Below, in pieces: positions 1 through 9,662 of a DNA stretch of 64,000 bases. The notes beneath the pieces are model-generated. The model ran no database searches and was not told the origin of the DNA. It saw only the letters and a program-made list of their open reading frames with translations. The DNA comes from Candidatus Parcubacteria bacterium. Its GTDB lineage: Bacteria; Patescibacteriota; Minisyncoccia; Minisyncoccales; JAGMDC01. The stretch is from NCBI GenBank assembly GCA_023128895.1, contig JAGMDC010000011.1, positions 31,820 to 95,819 on the forward strand. The letters run 5' to 3'. How positions within the stretch are numbered: position 1 is the first letter of the stretch; each line of letters starts with the position of its first letter. The translations under genes were made by a program, and so were the position numbers.

Positions 1-29
1 CGTAATAATGGCACTTCGGTGTCCTTTTT

Positions 30-1751
30 TTATCTATGAAATATATCAATCAATTCTTTTGGAACCCTGCTTTCTAATAATACCACATCTTCGGGATTGT
101 TAAAATTTTTCAATTTTTCAAAAATTTTTTTTGGATCTTCCATAAATAAAATTTTATCTTTATCCATTCCGCTTTCCATAGCGGAATTTTTCATAATCTC
201 ATAACACTCTTTTTTGGTAATAATCGCTAAATCACAATTCTCGTTAATTTTCGCGCCTATTCTCTGATGAACATCTTTTGACGCGCTCCCCAACTCAATC
301 AAACAAGGCATTACAATCGCTTTTTTGCCTTTCCATGTCTTCAAATAATCAAGATGCGCTAACACGCTGTCAGGATTGGCAGAATAAGCGGCGTCAATTA
401 TATTAAAACCCTGCCTCGACTCGCCGTCTTCGGCGAGGCGGGCTTGTTTGCTCTTTATTAATCGCCCGCTTCCAGGCATTGGCTTGATTTTTTCGCAAGC
501 GCGCGCGCTTTCCTTTAATTTCATTCCCAATTCCTTGGCGCAAGTCACAGCCCCCAAAACATTCAAAATGCTTTGCGCTCCCAACAATTCCACTCTAAAA
601 TTCGCGCTATCGCCGTGTTTCGCGCAAACCTTAAACCTAACATCCTCTTTCCCTACCTCAATATCCTCTGCCCACACATCGCATTTCTCCTTAATTGAAT
701 AAAATAAACGTGTCAAGACCCGAGATTGACCTGTTTTCATTATTTTCTCGCAGTCGGCGTTCAAAATCGCTGTTCCATCTTTCGGCAAACTCTCTATTAA
801 CTCAAACTTCGCCTTAATTATATTCTCCTGCGTTCCAAAAGTCGCCAGATGCTGTTCATTAATGCCTGTTAAAATTCCGATTTTCGGCTTTACGATGTCA
901 CAAAGCAATTTTATCCCTCCCCTATTGTAAGCGCCCATCTCGCAGATAAAAATTTGATGCTCTGGTTTCAAATCATTCAATATGCATTGCGAGATTCCTA
1001 TTTCTGAATTCTGATGTTCTCTTGTTTTGAGAACATTATATTTTTTTGACAAAATCGCGTACAAAAACTCTTTTGTTGATGTCTTGCCGTAACTGCCGGT
1101 AATGCCAATAACCAGCAAATCCTTAAATTCTTTACGCTTCAACGCGGCTTTCTTAATAACGCGATTTCTTATTAAAACAGTCATTGGCTGAAAAGCCAAA
1201 ACAATTAAAGAAATAATTATCGGAGATAGAATATCAATCAATAGAAGCCAAAAACAGAAAACATTTAAGTTCGGCGCGTCAAAAGTAAATTTGCTTTGTT
1301 GAATATAATTCCAGAAAAAAATAGGAATAAAGCCAAGAATTATAAAACAAAAAAATAAAATTATGCCCGTCTTTTTTGTCAAAACCGGAATTTTAATTTT
1401 TTTCTGGAAAAAATCTTTGGAAAATTTTATTGATATGGGGATATATATTGATATTGATATAGGGAGATACAAAGCAAATAGCAAAATGGGTAGAGATAAA
1501 GCATTAGAAAAAATTGGATGGAAAAATAGAATAATATTGGAAAAGAAAAAACCGAGCAGTAAAATGACTTTCAAAGCCAAAAGTTTGTTAACAACAAGCC
1601 GCCTGCCATCTTCAGTATGAAAATGCGCCAAGAACCTGCCAATGTGGTATTCTTTTAATTGCCAAAGATAAACCCAAAACAAAATTTGCTTCGCAATCAC
1701 AACAAACCATACAATAGATATTAAAAATAATATAGAATATATGATAAACAT
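30..1751 (-). CDS. Mur ligase family protein: MurF-like central and C-terminal domains fused to an N-terminal polytopic membrane region
   Basis: 573-aa ORF. The first ~195 aa are consecutive hydrophobic helices. They are followed by the Mur-ligase P-loop GITGSYGKTSTKEF and the MurF-like motifs IDAAYSANPDS and CLIELG. Confidence 0.7.
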   Translation of the reverse strand: MFIIYSILFLISIVWFVVIAKQILFWVYLWQLKEYHIGRFLAHFHTEDGRRLVVNKLLALKVILLLGFFFSNIILFFHPIFSNALSLPILLFALYLPISISIYIPISIKFSKDFFQKKIKIPVLTKKTGIILFFCFIILGFIPIFFWNYIQQSKFTFDAPNLNVFCFWLLLIDILSPIIISLIVLAFQPMTVLIRNRVIKKAALKRKEFKDLLVIGITGSYGKTSTKEFLYAILSKKYNVLKTREHQNSEIGISQCILNDLKPEHQIFICEMGAYNRGGIKLLCDIVKPKIGILTGINEQHLATFGTQENIIKAKFELIESLPKDGTAILNADCEKIMKTGQSRVLTRLFYSIKEKCDVWAEDIEVGKEDVRFKVCAKHGDSANFRVELLGAQSILNVLGAVTCAKELGMKLKESARACEKIKPMPGSGRLIKSKQARLAEDGESRQGFNIIDAAYSANPDSVLAHLDYLKTWKGKKAIVMPCLIELGSASKDVHQRIGAKINENCDLAIITKKECYEIMKNSAMESGMDKDKILFMEDPKKIFEKLKNFNNPEDVVLLESRVPKELIDIFHR

Positions 1752-1759
1752 AAATAGAA

Positions 1760-2503
1760 TTACGAATTACGAATTACGAATTTACGGATTTTTTGGGCTA
1801 AAATTTCTGGATTTTCCGTGTATGGAAAATGGCCAATGCCCGGCAAAATCTCCAACTTAGAATTTGGGATTTCCTTGTCCATCAAGTATGCGTCGGATAT
1901 TGGCGTCATATTATCTTTATCGCCCCAGATAATCAAACAGGGAATTTTAATTTTTGAAAAATATTTTCTTAAATCTTCTTTGATTATATTTCTAAATGTT
2001 TCTTTCAAATACAATGATTTTTCCGCCTGAATATAATCAGTTCTTCGTAAAATGTATTTGTAAAAACCCTTGCGAAACAGATTATACAAGGGAATGGACG
2101 AAAATATCTTTCCAAATTTTGCGATTTTGGAAACGCAAACCCGAACAAATTTTCTTTTCGGAATTATTCCGGCAGATGAAACCAAAATTAATCCTTTTAA
2201 TTTTTCAGGATTTCGCGCTGCGAACTTTATGGCAACCCGGCCCCCGAAAGAATGCCCCAATAAAAAAAACGGCTCATCAAAGTCCGAACAAAATTTCTCA
2301 AACCACCTCACATAATCGTTTAAATCCCATACGCGCGGCAATTCTGTTTCTTTTTTAAACCCCGGCACATCCATCACCTTTATTTTAATACTGCGAGAAC
2401 CGTTCTCGTAGTATTGATTGAGCAGGGATTTTACTGTCTGCCATTTTTCTTTTGAACTGCCCCATCCGTGGAGAATAATAATTGTATCTTGACAAATTGG
2501 CAT
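1760..2503 (-). CDS. alpha/beta-fold hydrolase
   Basis: 247-aa ORF with HGWGSS near the N-terminus, the nucleophile elbow GHSFGG and a C-terminal GIGHFP histidine motif. It contains an in-frame copy of the 29-bp palindrome (QYYENGSRSI). Confidence 0.75.
   Translation of the reverse strand: MPICQDTIIILHGWGSSKEKWQTVKSLLNQYYENGSRSIKIKVMDVPGFKKETELPRVWDLNDYVRWFEKFCSDFDEPFFLLGHSFGGRVAIKFAARNPEKLKGLILVSSAGIIPKRKFVRVCVSKIAKFGKIFSSIPLYNLFRKGFYKYILRRTDYIQAEKSLYLKETFRNIIKEDLRKYFSKIKIPCLIIWGDKDNMTPISDAYLMDKEIPNSKLEILPGIGHFPYTENPEILAQKIRKFVIRNS
2387..2415. repeat. 29-bp palindromic element, copy 1 (inside the hydrolase CDS)
   Basis: aatactgcgagaaccgttctcgtagtatt. One mismatch from a perfect 14+1+14 palindrome. 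Translated in-frame as YYENGSR. Confidence 0.85.
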
Positions 2504-2545
2504 AAAAAAGTTATTTTTAAAAAAAGTTCTTAGGAGGCAAAAAAA

Positions 2546-2818
2546 ATGGATTTATGGATAATAGGGGCCGCAAGCGCATTAGCAGGAATATTTGTATATC
2601 TTTTCGTTGGCTATTTAATCTGTTCGACGAGGCGATATATAGGAATAACGATAATGAGTTTTCTTTTTTCAGATACAGAATTCGACAGAATGAAGAAAAA
2701 AGACAAAAGAAAAATGATTTTTCTGAAATGCGTGTTCCGCGCTCCTGTGGAAGAATTGTTATTGCTAACGCCCAAAAATAAGAAAAAAGAAAAAAGAGTT
2801 GTTGCTCACCATCACTAA
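2546..2818 (+). CDS. small hypothetical membrane protein
   Basis: 90-aa ORF preceded by a strong AGGAGG 8 nt upstream of the ATG. It has an N-terminal hydrophobic helix and a Lys-rich tail. It fills the gap between two minus-strand genes. Confidence 0.4.
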   Translation: MDLWIIGAASALAGIFVYLFVGYLICSTRRYIGITIMSFLFSDTEFDRMKKKDKRKMIFLKCVFRAPVEELLLLTPKNKKKEKRVVAHHH

Positions 2819-4140
2819 GACAACTCATTTTTTTTATCTCTTTTCTCTATTTTGTTTATTCCAATATATTTTTGCAGGACTTTTGGGATTAAGACACTGC
2901 CGTCTTTCTGCTGATAATTTTCCAAAATAGCGATAAGGATTCTCGGAGAAGCAATCATTGTGTTATTTAGAGTATAAACAAATTTTTTCTCGTTATTTTT
3001 TATTCTGTATTTTATATTCATCCGCCGCGCCTGCCAATCAGTCAGCGCGGAATCAGAATGCGTCTCGCCGTAACTATCTCTGGAAGGCATCCAAGTTTCA
3101 ACATCTTGCATTTCATATTTTCCAGCGCCCATATCTCCCGTGCAAACCTGAACAACCCTGTACGGCAATTTCAATTCCTCTAAAATTTCTTTGGCACAGC
3201 CCCCTATTTCGTCAAACAATTTATGACTTTCCTCTAAATCAGCCCGGCAAAAAACAACCTGCTCAATTTTCATAAACTCGTGAAGGCGATACAAGCCCTT
3301 TGTATCTTTTCCGTAACTTCCCGCTTCTGAACGATAGCAAGAAGAAAATCCAGCCAATTTGATTGGCAATTTTTTTTCGTCTAAAATAGTGTCAGCGTAA
3401 TACGCTAATAACGCGGGCTCGGATGTTCCGCCTAAAAAAAATTTCTCTTTCACTTCCTCTCCGCTTGCTAATCTGCCTGGATTTGCGATTTGATATATTT
3501 CGGCTTTCGCTTCCGGAAAATGACCGCTGCCAATAAGAACATTCTCGCGCAAAATTGTTGGCGGAATCATTACAACAAATCCTTTCTTCCTTAATTTATC
3601 CAAAGCAAACTGCATTAAAGCGAATTGCAACAATACTGCTTCATTTTTGAGATAATAACCGCGAAATCCGCTTGTTTTAACTCCTCTCTCTATATCAATC
3701 AAATCCAAATCTTTTCCTATTTGAATATGGTCTTTTATTGGAAAATCAAATTTGGGAATTTTGCCTGATTTATAAACTTCTTTATTATAAGTATCGTCAA
3801 CGCCAATAGGAGTATCTTTTGAATAAACATTCGGAACCAAAAGCATTATCTCGTTATACTCCGCGTCAATTTTCTGGAATTGTTTTTTTGTTTTGTCGCT
3901 TTGCTTGTCAATCTTGCGCATTTCTGAAATAATTTTCTTTTTGCTTTTTTCGTCTTTTGCAGCGATAATATCCTTGTTCGCTTTATTCTTTTTCGCGCGA
4001 AACCCGTCTAAAGTGAGCATTATCTTCCGCCTCTGCCTGTCTATTTTCAAAAGTTTATCAATATCAACTTTCACCTGCTTATTCTCGCAGGACTTCTTAA
4101 CTCTATCCGCGTTCTCTCTAATAAATTTTATGTTTAACAT
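2815..4140 (-). CDS. serS: seryl-tRNA synthetase
   Basis: 441 aa. N-terminal coiled-coil arm followed by class II motifs (FLGGTSEPAL, CYRSEAGSYGKDTKGLYRLHEF, TLNNTMIASPRILIAILENYQ). Confidence 0.95.
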   Translation of the reverse strand: MLNIKFIRENADRVKKSCENKQVKVDIDKLLKIDRQRRKIMLTLDGFRAKKNKANKDIIAAKDEKSKKKIISEMRKIDKQSDKTKKQFQKIDAEYNEIMLLVPNVYSKDTPIGVDDTYNKEVYKSGKIPKFDFPIKDHIQIGKDLDLIDIERGVKTSGFRGYYLKNEAVLLQFALMQFALDKLRKKGFVVMIPPTILRENVLIGSGHFPEAKAEIYQIANPGRLASGEEVKEKFFLGGTSEPALLAYYADTILDEKKLPIKLAGFSSCYRSEAGSYGKDTKGLYRLHEFMKIEQVVFCRADLEESHKLFDEIGGCAKEILEELKLPYRVVQVCTGDMGAGKYEMQDVETWMPSRDSYGETHSDSALTDWQARRMNIKYRIKNNEKKFVYTLNNTMIASPRILIAILENYQQKDGSVLIPKVLQKYIGINKIEKRDKKNELS

Positions 4141-4158
4141 AATATTTTAATGAGCGAA

Positions 4159-5655
4159 TTATTTTTTATTCTTTTGTTTCATCATTGGAAACAGCATTGC
4201 TTCGCGTAATGCGTGAGAATTGCTTAAGACAGCAACTAATCTGTCAATTCCCATTCCAATTCCTGCCACAGGCGGCATGCCGTATTCAAGTGCCTCCAAA
4301 AAATCCTTGTCTATTCTTTGCGCTTCTTCAAATCCCTTCTTGCGCAATTTCTCCTGCTCCTCAAATCTCTTTCTTTGCTCCAAAGGGTCGTTAAGTTCGG
4401 AAAACCCCAAAGCCATTTCCCAGCCAGCGATAACCATTTGAAAATTCGCGAGTTTTCTTTCATTAGAAATCCCATTAACAATATGAGTTTTCTGGTCAAG
4501 TTCTTTTGCTAAAGGAAAACTGCCCAATGGATGATTAATAACAAAACAAGGGTTCCAGATTTTTGGGCGGCAGAGCTTCTTGTAAATCTCGTCGGCGATT
4601 TCCGGCTTGCCGGCTCCTTTTGGTATATCAATCCCTAATTTCTTGGCTTTTTGCGCCAAAGCTTTGTCGTTAATTTCTCTTAAATCTATTTTTGTGTGTT
4701 TCTTTACTAACGCGGAAAATTCAATTCTTTGCCAAGGGGTTTTAAAGTCAATTTTTCTGCCCTCATATTCTATTGTTGTCCTCTTAAACACATTCTTTAA
4801 AATACTCTTGAACATTTCCTCAACCATCTTCATCATATCTTTATAATCAGCGTAAGCCCAATAAAATTCCAAAGAAGTGTATTCCGGGTTGTGCGACTTG
4901 TCCATACCTTCATTTCTGAATAATCTTCCTATTTCAAAAACCTTGTCAAAACCGCCGATAACAAGCCGTTTCAAATAAAGTTCCGGCGCGATTCTTAAAT
5001 ACAAATCCATATTCAGCGCGTTAAGATGTGTCTTAAACGGCTTTGCTTTTGCCCCGCCGTATATTGGCTGTAAAATCGGGGTTTCTACTTCTAAAAATCC
5101 CTTTTTCTCCAAAAAATTACGGATTTCTTTTGTGGTTTTGGAACGCAAAATAAACTTTTCTTTCACATCCGGATTAAACAATAAATCCAAATATCTCTTT
5201 CTGTATCTCTCTTCAACATCCTGCAAGCCATGCCATTTTTCCGGCAAAGGCAAAAGCGATTTTGCCAGCATCTTATAATCCCCTGCTTCAATTGTTTTTT
5301 CGCCTCTTTTTGTTTTAAATAAAATCCCGCGAATTTCTATAAAATCGCCTATGTCAAAATTATCCAGAAAAAACTGATAGCTTTTTTCGCCCAAGCGATT
5401 TTTTTTAAAATACGCCTGAATTTGGTTAGTTCCGTCCTGAAAATGCAAAAAACAAGAGCCGCCGTGCTCGCGCAAAGACCTGATTCTGCCTGTTAAAATC
5501 ACCAGCGTCTCTGTTTTGCTTAACTTCGCAAAATCTTTAAGCGCCTCAGTTATAGTATGGGTTCTTTTCACTGTCCCGGGATAAGGATTTATGCCGGCGC
5601 GCTGTATTGCCTCTAATTTCTGTATTCGTATTTTCCTTAAATTCTGCTCCGCCAT
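4159..5655 (-). CDS. lysS: lysyl-tRNA synthetase, class II
   Basis: 498 aa. OB-fold N-terminal domain, then FRNEGMDKSHNPEYTSLEFY and GIGMGIDRLV class II motifs. Confidence 0.95.
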   Translation of the reverse strand: MAEQNLRKIRIQKLEAIQRAGINPYPGTVKRTHTITEALKDFAKLSKTETLVILTGRIRSLREHGGSCFLHFQDGTNQIQAYFKKNRLGEKSYQFFLDNFDIGDFIEIRGILFKTKRGEKTIEAGDYKMLAKSLLPLPEKWHGLQDVEERYRKRYLDLLFNPDVKEKFILRSKTTKEIRNFLEKKGFLEVETPILQPIYGGAKAKPFKTHLNALNMDLYLRIAPELYLKRLVIGGFDKVFEIGRLFRNEGMDKSHNPEYTSLEFYWAYADYKDMMKMVEEMFKSILKNVFKRTTIEYEGRKIDFKTPWQRIEFSALVKKHTKIDLREINDKALAQKAKKLGIDIPKGAGKPEIADEIYKKLCRPKIWNPCFVINHPLGSFPLAKELDQKTHIVNGISNERKLANFQMVIAGWEMALGFSELNDPLEQRKRFEEQEKLRKKGFEEAQRIDKDFLEALEYGMPPVAGIGMGIDRLVAVLSNSHALREAMLFPMMKQKNKK

Positions 5656-5751
5656 ATTATTATATCATTGTTCATATATTATTTTATGGTATCTCATTTT
5701 ATAATTTTAGTCAAAACAAAATAATCGCTGGAAAAAAATCCATTCAAAAAT

Positions 5752-5780
5752 TTGACAAATTAAATAGAATATAGTATCCT
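5752..5780 (+). promoter_or_regulatory. possible sigma70-type promoter for the HEAT-like repeat gene
   Basis: TTGACA, 17 nt, TATCCT. Lies about 18 nt upstream of the GGTGA-ATG start region. Confidence 0.3.
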
Positions 5781-5797
5781 TTTAACAGGTGATAGAA

Positions 5798-6508
5798 ATG
5801 GATATAAAAAACATAAAAGATATAGATAAGATTGAGAAAGAGAGGCTTGGATTGCTCGTAAAAACAAGCAGAACAGGAATATTGTCAGATGAAGAAATTG
5901 AAAAAGTTTTGGATTCCTTTTCTGACGAAACACTGGTATACGCGAAAAATCTCAGAAGCGACGTTGTCAGGCAGCCGGCACTCAAACTTGTGAAAAAGAG
6001 AATGGAAAAATGGACTGACGAAGAGATATTATCTACGGCAGAAAATGAAAGCTGGCAATTCCGGGAAGCGGCAGTAAATCTTCTGGAAAAGAGAATGGAA
6101 GAATGGACTAACGAAGCGTTAATACAGGCGGTAGAGAACAAAAGCGGCATTATCAGGCAAGCGGCACTCAATCTTCTGCAAAAGAAAATGGAAGGATGGA
6201 CTGACGAAGCGTTGATACAAGCGGTAAAGAGCGAAATCGTAGAAATCCACAAAACGGCCATTAAGGCTATGAAAGGCAGAAAAGGCGAAGCGACTAATAC
6301 TCTAGTTAAAGCGTTAAAAAGTGACAATCGGGAAATCGCGGAAGCAGCGGCGAAAGCATTAACGGGAAAAGGAACGAAAACAGTAATTAGCGCTCTGCTT
6401 GAAGTATCAAAAAAAAATGTTTTGGAAGTCTGGGAAGCAGCGATAAAAACGCTAGCCAGCACAGAAGAAGGAAAAGAAGCGCTCAAAAAAAAATTGGGGT
6501 TGGAATAA
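5798..6508 (+). CDS. HEAT-like helical repeat protein
   Basis: The ORF opens at GTG 5789. The ATG at 5798 has GGTGA 5 nt upstream. It contains four to five ~31-aa repeats (LxKRMEEWTDEALIQAVENxxxxIRQAAL). Confidence 0.6.
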   Translation: MDIKNIKDIDKIEKERLGLLVKTSRTGILSDEEIEKVLDSFSDETLVYAKNLRSDVVRQPALKLVKKRMEKWTDEEILSTAENESWQFREAAVNLLEKRMEEWTNEALIQAVENKSGIIRQAALNLLQKKMEGWTDEALIQAVKSEIVEIHKTAIKAMKGRKGEATNTLVKALKSDNREIAEAAAKALTGKGTKTVISALLEVSKKNVLEVWEAAIKTLASTEEGKEALKKKLGLE

Positions 6509-6593
6509 CCCCATTATGCCTGCAGAATCCAATGGATTATCCAAACGGATTTCTGAAGGCTTTTTTTATTACAGAAATTTTGTCTTTTTAGGG

Positions 6594-6622
6594 TTGACAA
6601 AAGTAATATTTTTTAGTATAAA
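6594..6622 (+). promoter_or_regulatory. sigma70-type promoter
   Basis: GGGTTGACAA, 17 nt, TATAAA, about 30 nt upstream of the ATG at 6656. The extended -35 context is the same as in the island promoters. Confidence 0.5.
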
Positions 6623-6655
6623 CAAGACAGAACTTACAAAACATGGAACGAAAAA

Positions 6656-7474
6656 ATGACAGAAATAGAAAAAGGATATGTGGAAAGATATTTAAAAATG
6701 GCAAAGGAATTGGAAGTGCTCGAACAGGCAAAAGAGGTACAAATACTTGCGTCTGGATTTAATGGAGTCCGAATAGCAGACCTTTATCCGCGAAAACACA
6801 AATTCCCAAAAACACAGATGGACAAAATTGCTCAAACATGGAAAAAAGCAGAAAAAGAACACAAAGGCGTCCTATGGAACGGCCCCCTGGCATCGGTTAT
6901 GAATTTTAAGATAGATGAATATAAAATCTTAGAATTCATATTAAGAAAAAGCGATTTTCGCTTATATCTGGGAACAAGAAGCAAACAACCGATTAGAACC
7001 GCGTTAAAGCCCTTAGACAAAGAGCGTTCTCTGCCTTTATCTTTTGGAGCAGTAACTATAACTTCAGATAATTTCATTGTTCTGGGGATAAGAGAAAAAA
7101 CAGAGGCCTACAAAGGGGAAGCGGATTTGAGGGCATCGGGATATTTTGATCCTGAACAAGACATAATAAAAACAGACATAGGAGCAGAATACAGCGTGGA
7201 GTTATTAATTCTAAGAGAATCATACGAAGAATTAGGAACGGAAATTTATATTGCCAAAAGATACCTTGCTTTAATTCAAGACGCCCAGCCATTGCTCTCG
7301 GTAGAAATAAAAATTCCTTTTTCTAAAGAACAAATAGGAAAAATTGCTAAAGGGAGCGATGAGCATTCAGAAAGCGTTTTTGTAGAAAACAACTTTGAGG
7401 CAATAAAAACAGCATTCCAAGAATACAAGTTCACGCCGCATACATTGAGCGCAATAATCTGCCATCTTTTATAA
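6656..7474 (+). CDS. hypothetical protein with a degenerate Nudix-like box
   Basis: 272 aa. GAEYSVELLILRESYEELGTEI resembles GX5E..REUXEEXGU but has a shortened spacer, so the functional call is weak. Confidence 0.35.
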   Translation: MTEIEKGYVERYLKMAKELEVLEQAKEVQILASGFNGVRIADLYPRKHKFPKTQMDKIAQTWKKAEKEHKGVLWNGPLASVMNFKIDEYKILEFILRKSDFRLYLGTRSKQPIRTALKPLDKERSLPLSFGAVTITSDNFIVLGIREKTEAYKGEADLRASGYFDPEQDIIKTDIGAEYSVELLILRESYEELGTEIYIAKRYLALIQDAQPLLSVEIKIPFSKEQIGKIAKGSDEHSESVFVENNFEAIKTAFQEYKFTPHTLSAIICHLL

Positions 7475-7546
7475 CGCCAAAGAAATAATCTTTGGTTTGT
7501 TTTTTTCTATTGCCAAATAAAAATTTTAGTGTTAAATTAAATAAAT

Positions 7547-8428
7547 ATGATAATGAATGTTAAAAAAGCGATTATTCCTATTGCCGGACTGGGGACAAGG
7601 TTTCTGCCTTTGTCCAAAGCCATGCCAAAAGAACTCCTGCCGTTAGTTGACAGGCCCGCAATCCAATATGTGATTGAGGAAATTTTGGCTGCGAAGATGA
7701 ACGAGATTATTTTTGTTAACCGCCCAAAAAGCAAGGAGGTTTTGGAATATTTCAAAAAATCGCCAAAATTGGAAAAAATTTTACAGCAAAGAAACAAAAA
7801 TAATCTTTTAGAAGAAGTAAAAGAATTAACCAGAATTTCGGAAAAAATTATTTTTTCTTCTGTTATTCAAAAAGAGCCGTTGGGCGACGGCCACGCGATT
7901 TTGCAGACAAAAAAACTTCTAGGCAATGAAGCGACAGCAGTTTTATTCCCTGACGACATTATTGATTCAGATGTCCCCTGTGTAGAACAGCTCTGCGAAA
8001 TTTTCAAAACTTGCCAGAAACCGGTTGTTGCTTTAATGAAAGTGCCGCGCGAACAAGTAACAAGATACGGAGTTGTGGCAGTGGAAAAAATAGCGAATCG
8101 CGTTTATAAAATTAAAAAAATTATAGAAAAACCCTCTCTAGAAGAAGCGCCGTCTGACTTGGTGATTATTGGAAGATATATTCACACTCCAGAGGTTTTT
8201 GATTATCTTAAAAAAGCAAAACCAAGCGAAAAAGGGGAAATTATACTTGCTGAAGTTATGAATAGAATGCTTGAAGACGGCAAAACGATTTACGGATATG
8301 AATTCAAGGGCGAACGGCTGGACTGCGGAGACAAAATCGGATGGCTGAAATCATCAATTCATTTTGCGCTTAAACATCCAGAATTTGGACAGGAGCTAAA
8401 ACAATCTCTTAAGGATGAAAAACTATAG
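7547..8428 (+). CDS. galU: UTP--glucose-1-phosphate uridylyltransferase
   Basis: 293 aa. N-terminal KAIIPIAGLGTRFLPLSKAMPKELLP, then PLGDGHAI and VIIGRYI motifs. Confidence 0.9.
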   Translation: MIMNVKKAIIPIAGLGTRFLPLSKAMPKELLPLVDRPAIQYVIEEILAAKMNEIIFVNRPKSKEVLEYFKKSPKLEKILQQRNKNNLLEEVKELTRISEKIIFSSVIQKEPLGDGHAILQTKKLLGNEATAVLFPDDIIDSDVPCVEQLCEIFKTCQKPVVALMKVPREQVTRYGVVAVEKIANRVYKIKKIIEKPSLEEAPSDLVIIGRYIHTPEVFDYLKKAKPSEKGEIILAEVMNRMLEDGKTIYGYEFKGERLDCGDKIGWLKSSIHFALKHPEFGQELKQSLKDEKL

Positions 8429-9662
8429 AATGAAAAAATCTAAGATTAAAAATATAAAAGCGCGTGAAATTTTGAATTCCAGAGGCGAACCTGCGATAGA
8501 AGCAGAAATTGAAACCAATGATGGAAATTTTTTCGCTTCTGTTCCGTCCGGCGCGTCCAAAGGAAAATATGAAGCGCGCGAACTGCGCGACAAAGACAAA
8601 AGATATCAGGGCAAAGGCGTTCTAAAAGCCATTAACAATATTGAAAAAATTATCGCTCCAAAATTAAAAGGAAAAAATCCCTGCGAGCAGAAAAAAATAG
8701 ACGAAATAATGCGCGAATTGGACGGAACAAACAATAAATCAAAACTCGGAGCAAACGCGATTTTGGCTGTTTCCATTGCTGTGTGCCGCGCGGGCGCGGG
8801 CGCGCAGAACATCGCCCTCTCGCGCCATATCGCTTATTTATCAAAATTAAAACAAACAAAACAATATCCCCTGCCCTGTTTGTTAATGATTGAAGGCGGT
8901 CTCCACGCTGGAAATAATCTGGATTTTCAAGAATTTATGCTCATTCCAGCGTACGCGAAAAATTCTTTTTCAAAAAATCTGGAAATGCAAACAGAAATTT
9001 ATCATGAGCTGGGAAAAATTATAGAGAAAAAATTCGGGAGAACGGCAATAAATGTCGGAATGGAAGGAGGATTTGCCCCTCCAATAAAATCATCTGAACA
9101 AGCCCTGGATTTGATTGCGCGGGCAGTCAAAAAATGCGGCTCTAATAATAAAGTAAAAATTATCATTGACGCCGCGGCGTCTGAATTTTACGAAAACAAA
9201 AAATATAAAATTAACGGAAAAATTTTTACCAACAGCGAACTTCTGAACTACTATAAAAAATTAGTCAAAAAATATCCCATTGCGGGAATTGAAGACCCAT
9301 TTGCTGAAAACGATTTACAAGGATGGCAAATGGCAAAAAAACTTCCATGCCAATTTATTATTGGAGACGATTTAACCGTCACAAATCTTGAAAAAATCAA
9401 AACAGCGAAACAAAACAATTTTATCAATGCCGTAATAATTAAGCCAAACCAAATCGGCACGGTGAGCGAAACAATTGATTCCAGTAAATTTGCCGCGGAC
9501 AGCAACATAAAAATTTTCGTGAAACACAGATCTGGCGAGACCAACGATGATTTTATCGCTGACCTGGCAATCGGCATTGGAGCTTACGGAATAATGGCCG
9601 GCGCGCCCTGTCGCGGGGAGCGAACAGCAAAATACAATCGGCTATTAAAATTGATACAATGA
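8415..9662 (+). CDS. eno: enolase
   Basis: 415 aa. AREILNSRGEPAIEAEI, IKPNQIGTVSET and HRSGETNDDFIADLA motifs. The start may instead be the ATG at 8430, just after the galU stop. Confidence 0.95.
   Translation: MKNYRMKKSKIKNIKAREILNSRGEPAIEAEIETNDGNFFASVPSGASKGKYEARELRDKDKRYQGKGVLKAINNIEKIIAPKLKGKNPCEQKKIDEIMRELDGTNNKSKLGANAILAVSIAVCRAGAGAQNIALSRHIAYLSKLKQTKQYPLPCLLMIEGGLHAGNNLDFQEFMLIPAYAKNSFSKNLEMQTEIYHELGKIIEKKFGRTAINVGMEGGFAPPIKSSEQALDLIARAVKKCGSNNKVKIIIDAAASEFYENKKYKINGKIFTNSELLNYYKKLVKKYPIAGIEDPFAENDLQGWQMAKKLPCQFIIGDDLTVTNLEKIKTAKQNNFINAVIIKPNQIGTVSETIDSSKFAADSNIKIFVKHRSGETNDDFIADLAIGIGAYGIMAGAPCRGERTAKYNRLLKLIQ

Noticed and set aside
448-2358. Multiple 70-120-aa plus-strand ORFs overlapping the murF-like and hydrolase genes: 448-702, 1363-1620, 1818-2030, 1996-2358 and 2070-2315.
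   Set aside because: They are antisense to motif-supported genes in AT-rich DNA, have no start context and have low-complexity products.
5782-6486. 234-aa minus-strand ORF antisense to the HEAT-like repeat gene.
   Set aside because: It is a shadow ORF created by the repeat composition, with a low-complexity Ser/Phe/Ala-rich product and no start context. The plus-strand ORF has an SD sequence and a coherent helical repeat structure.
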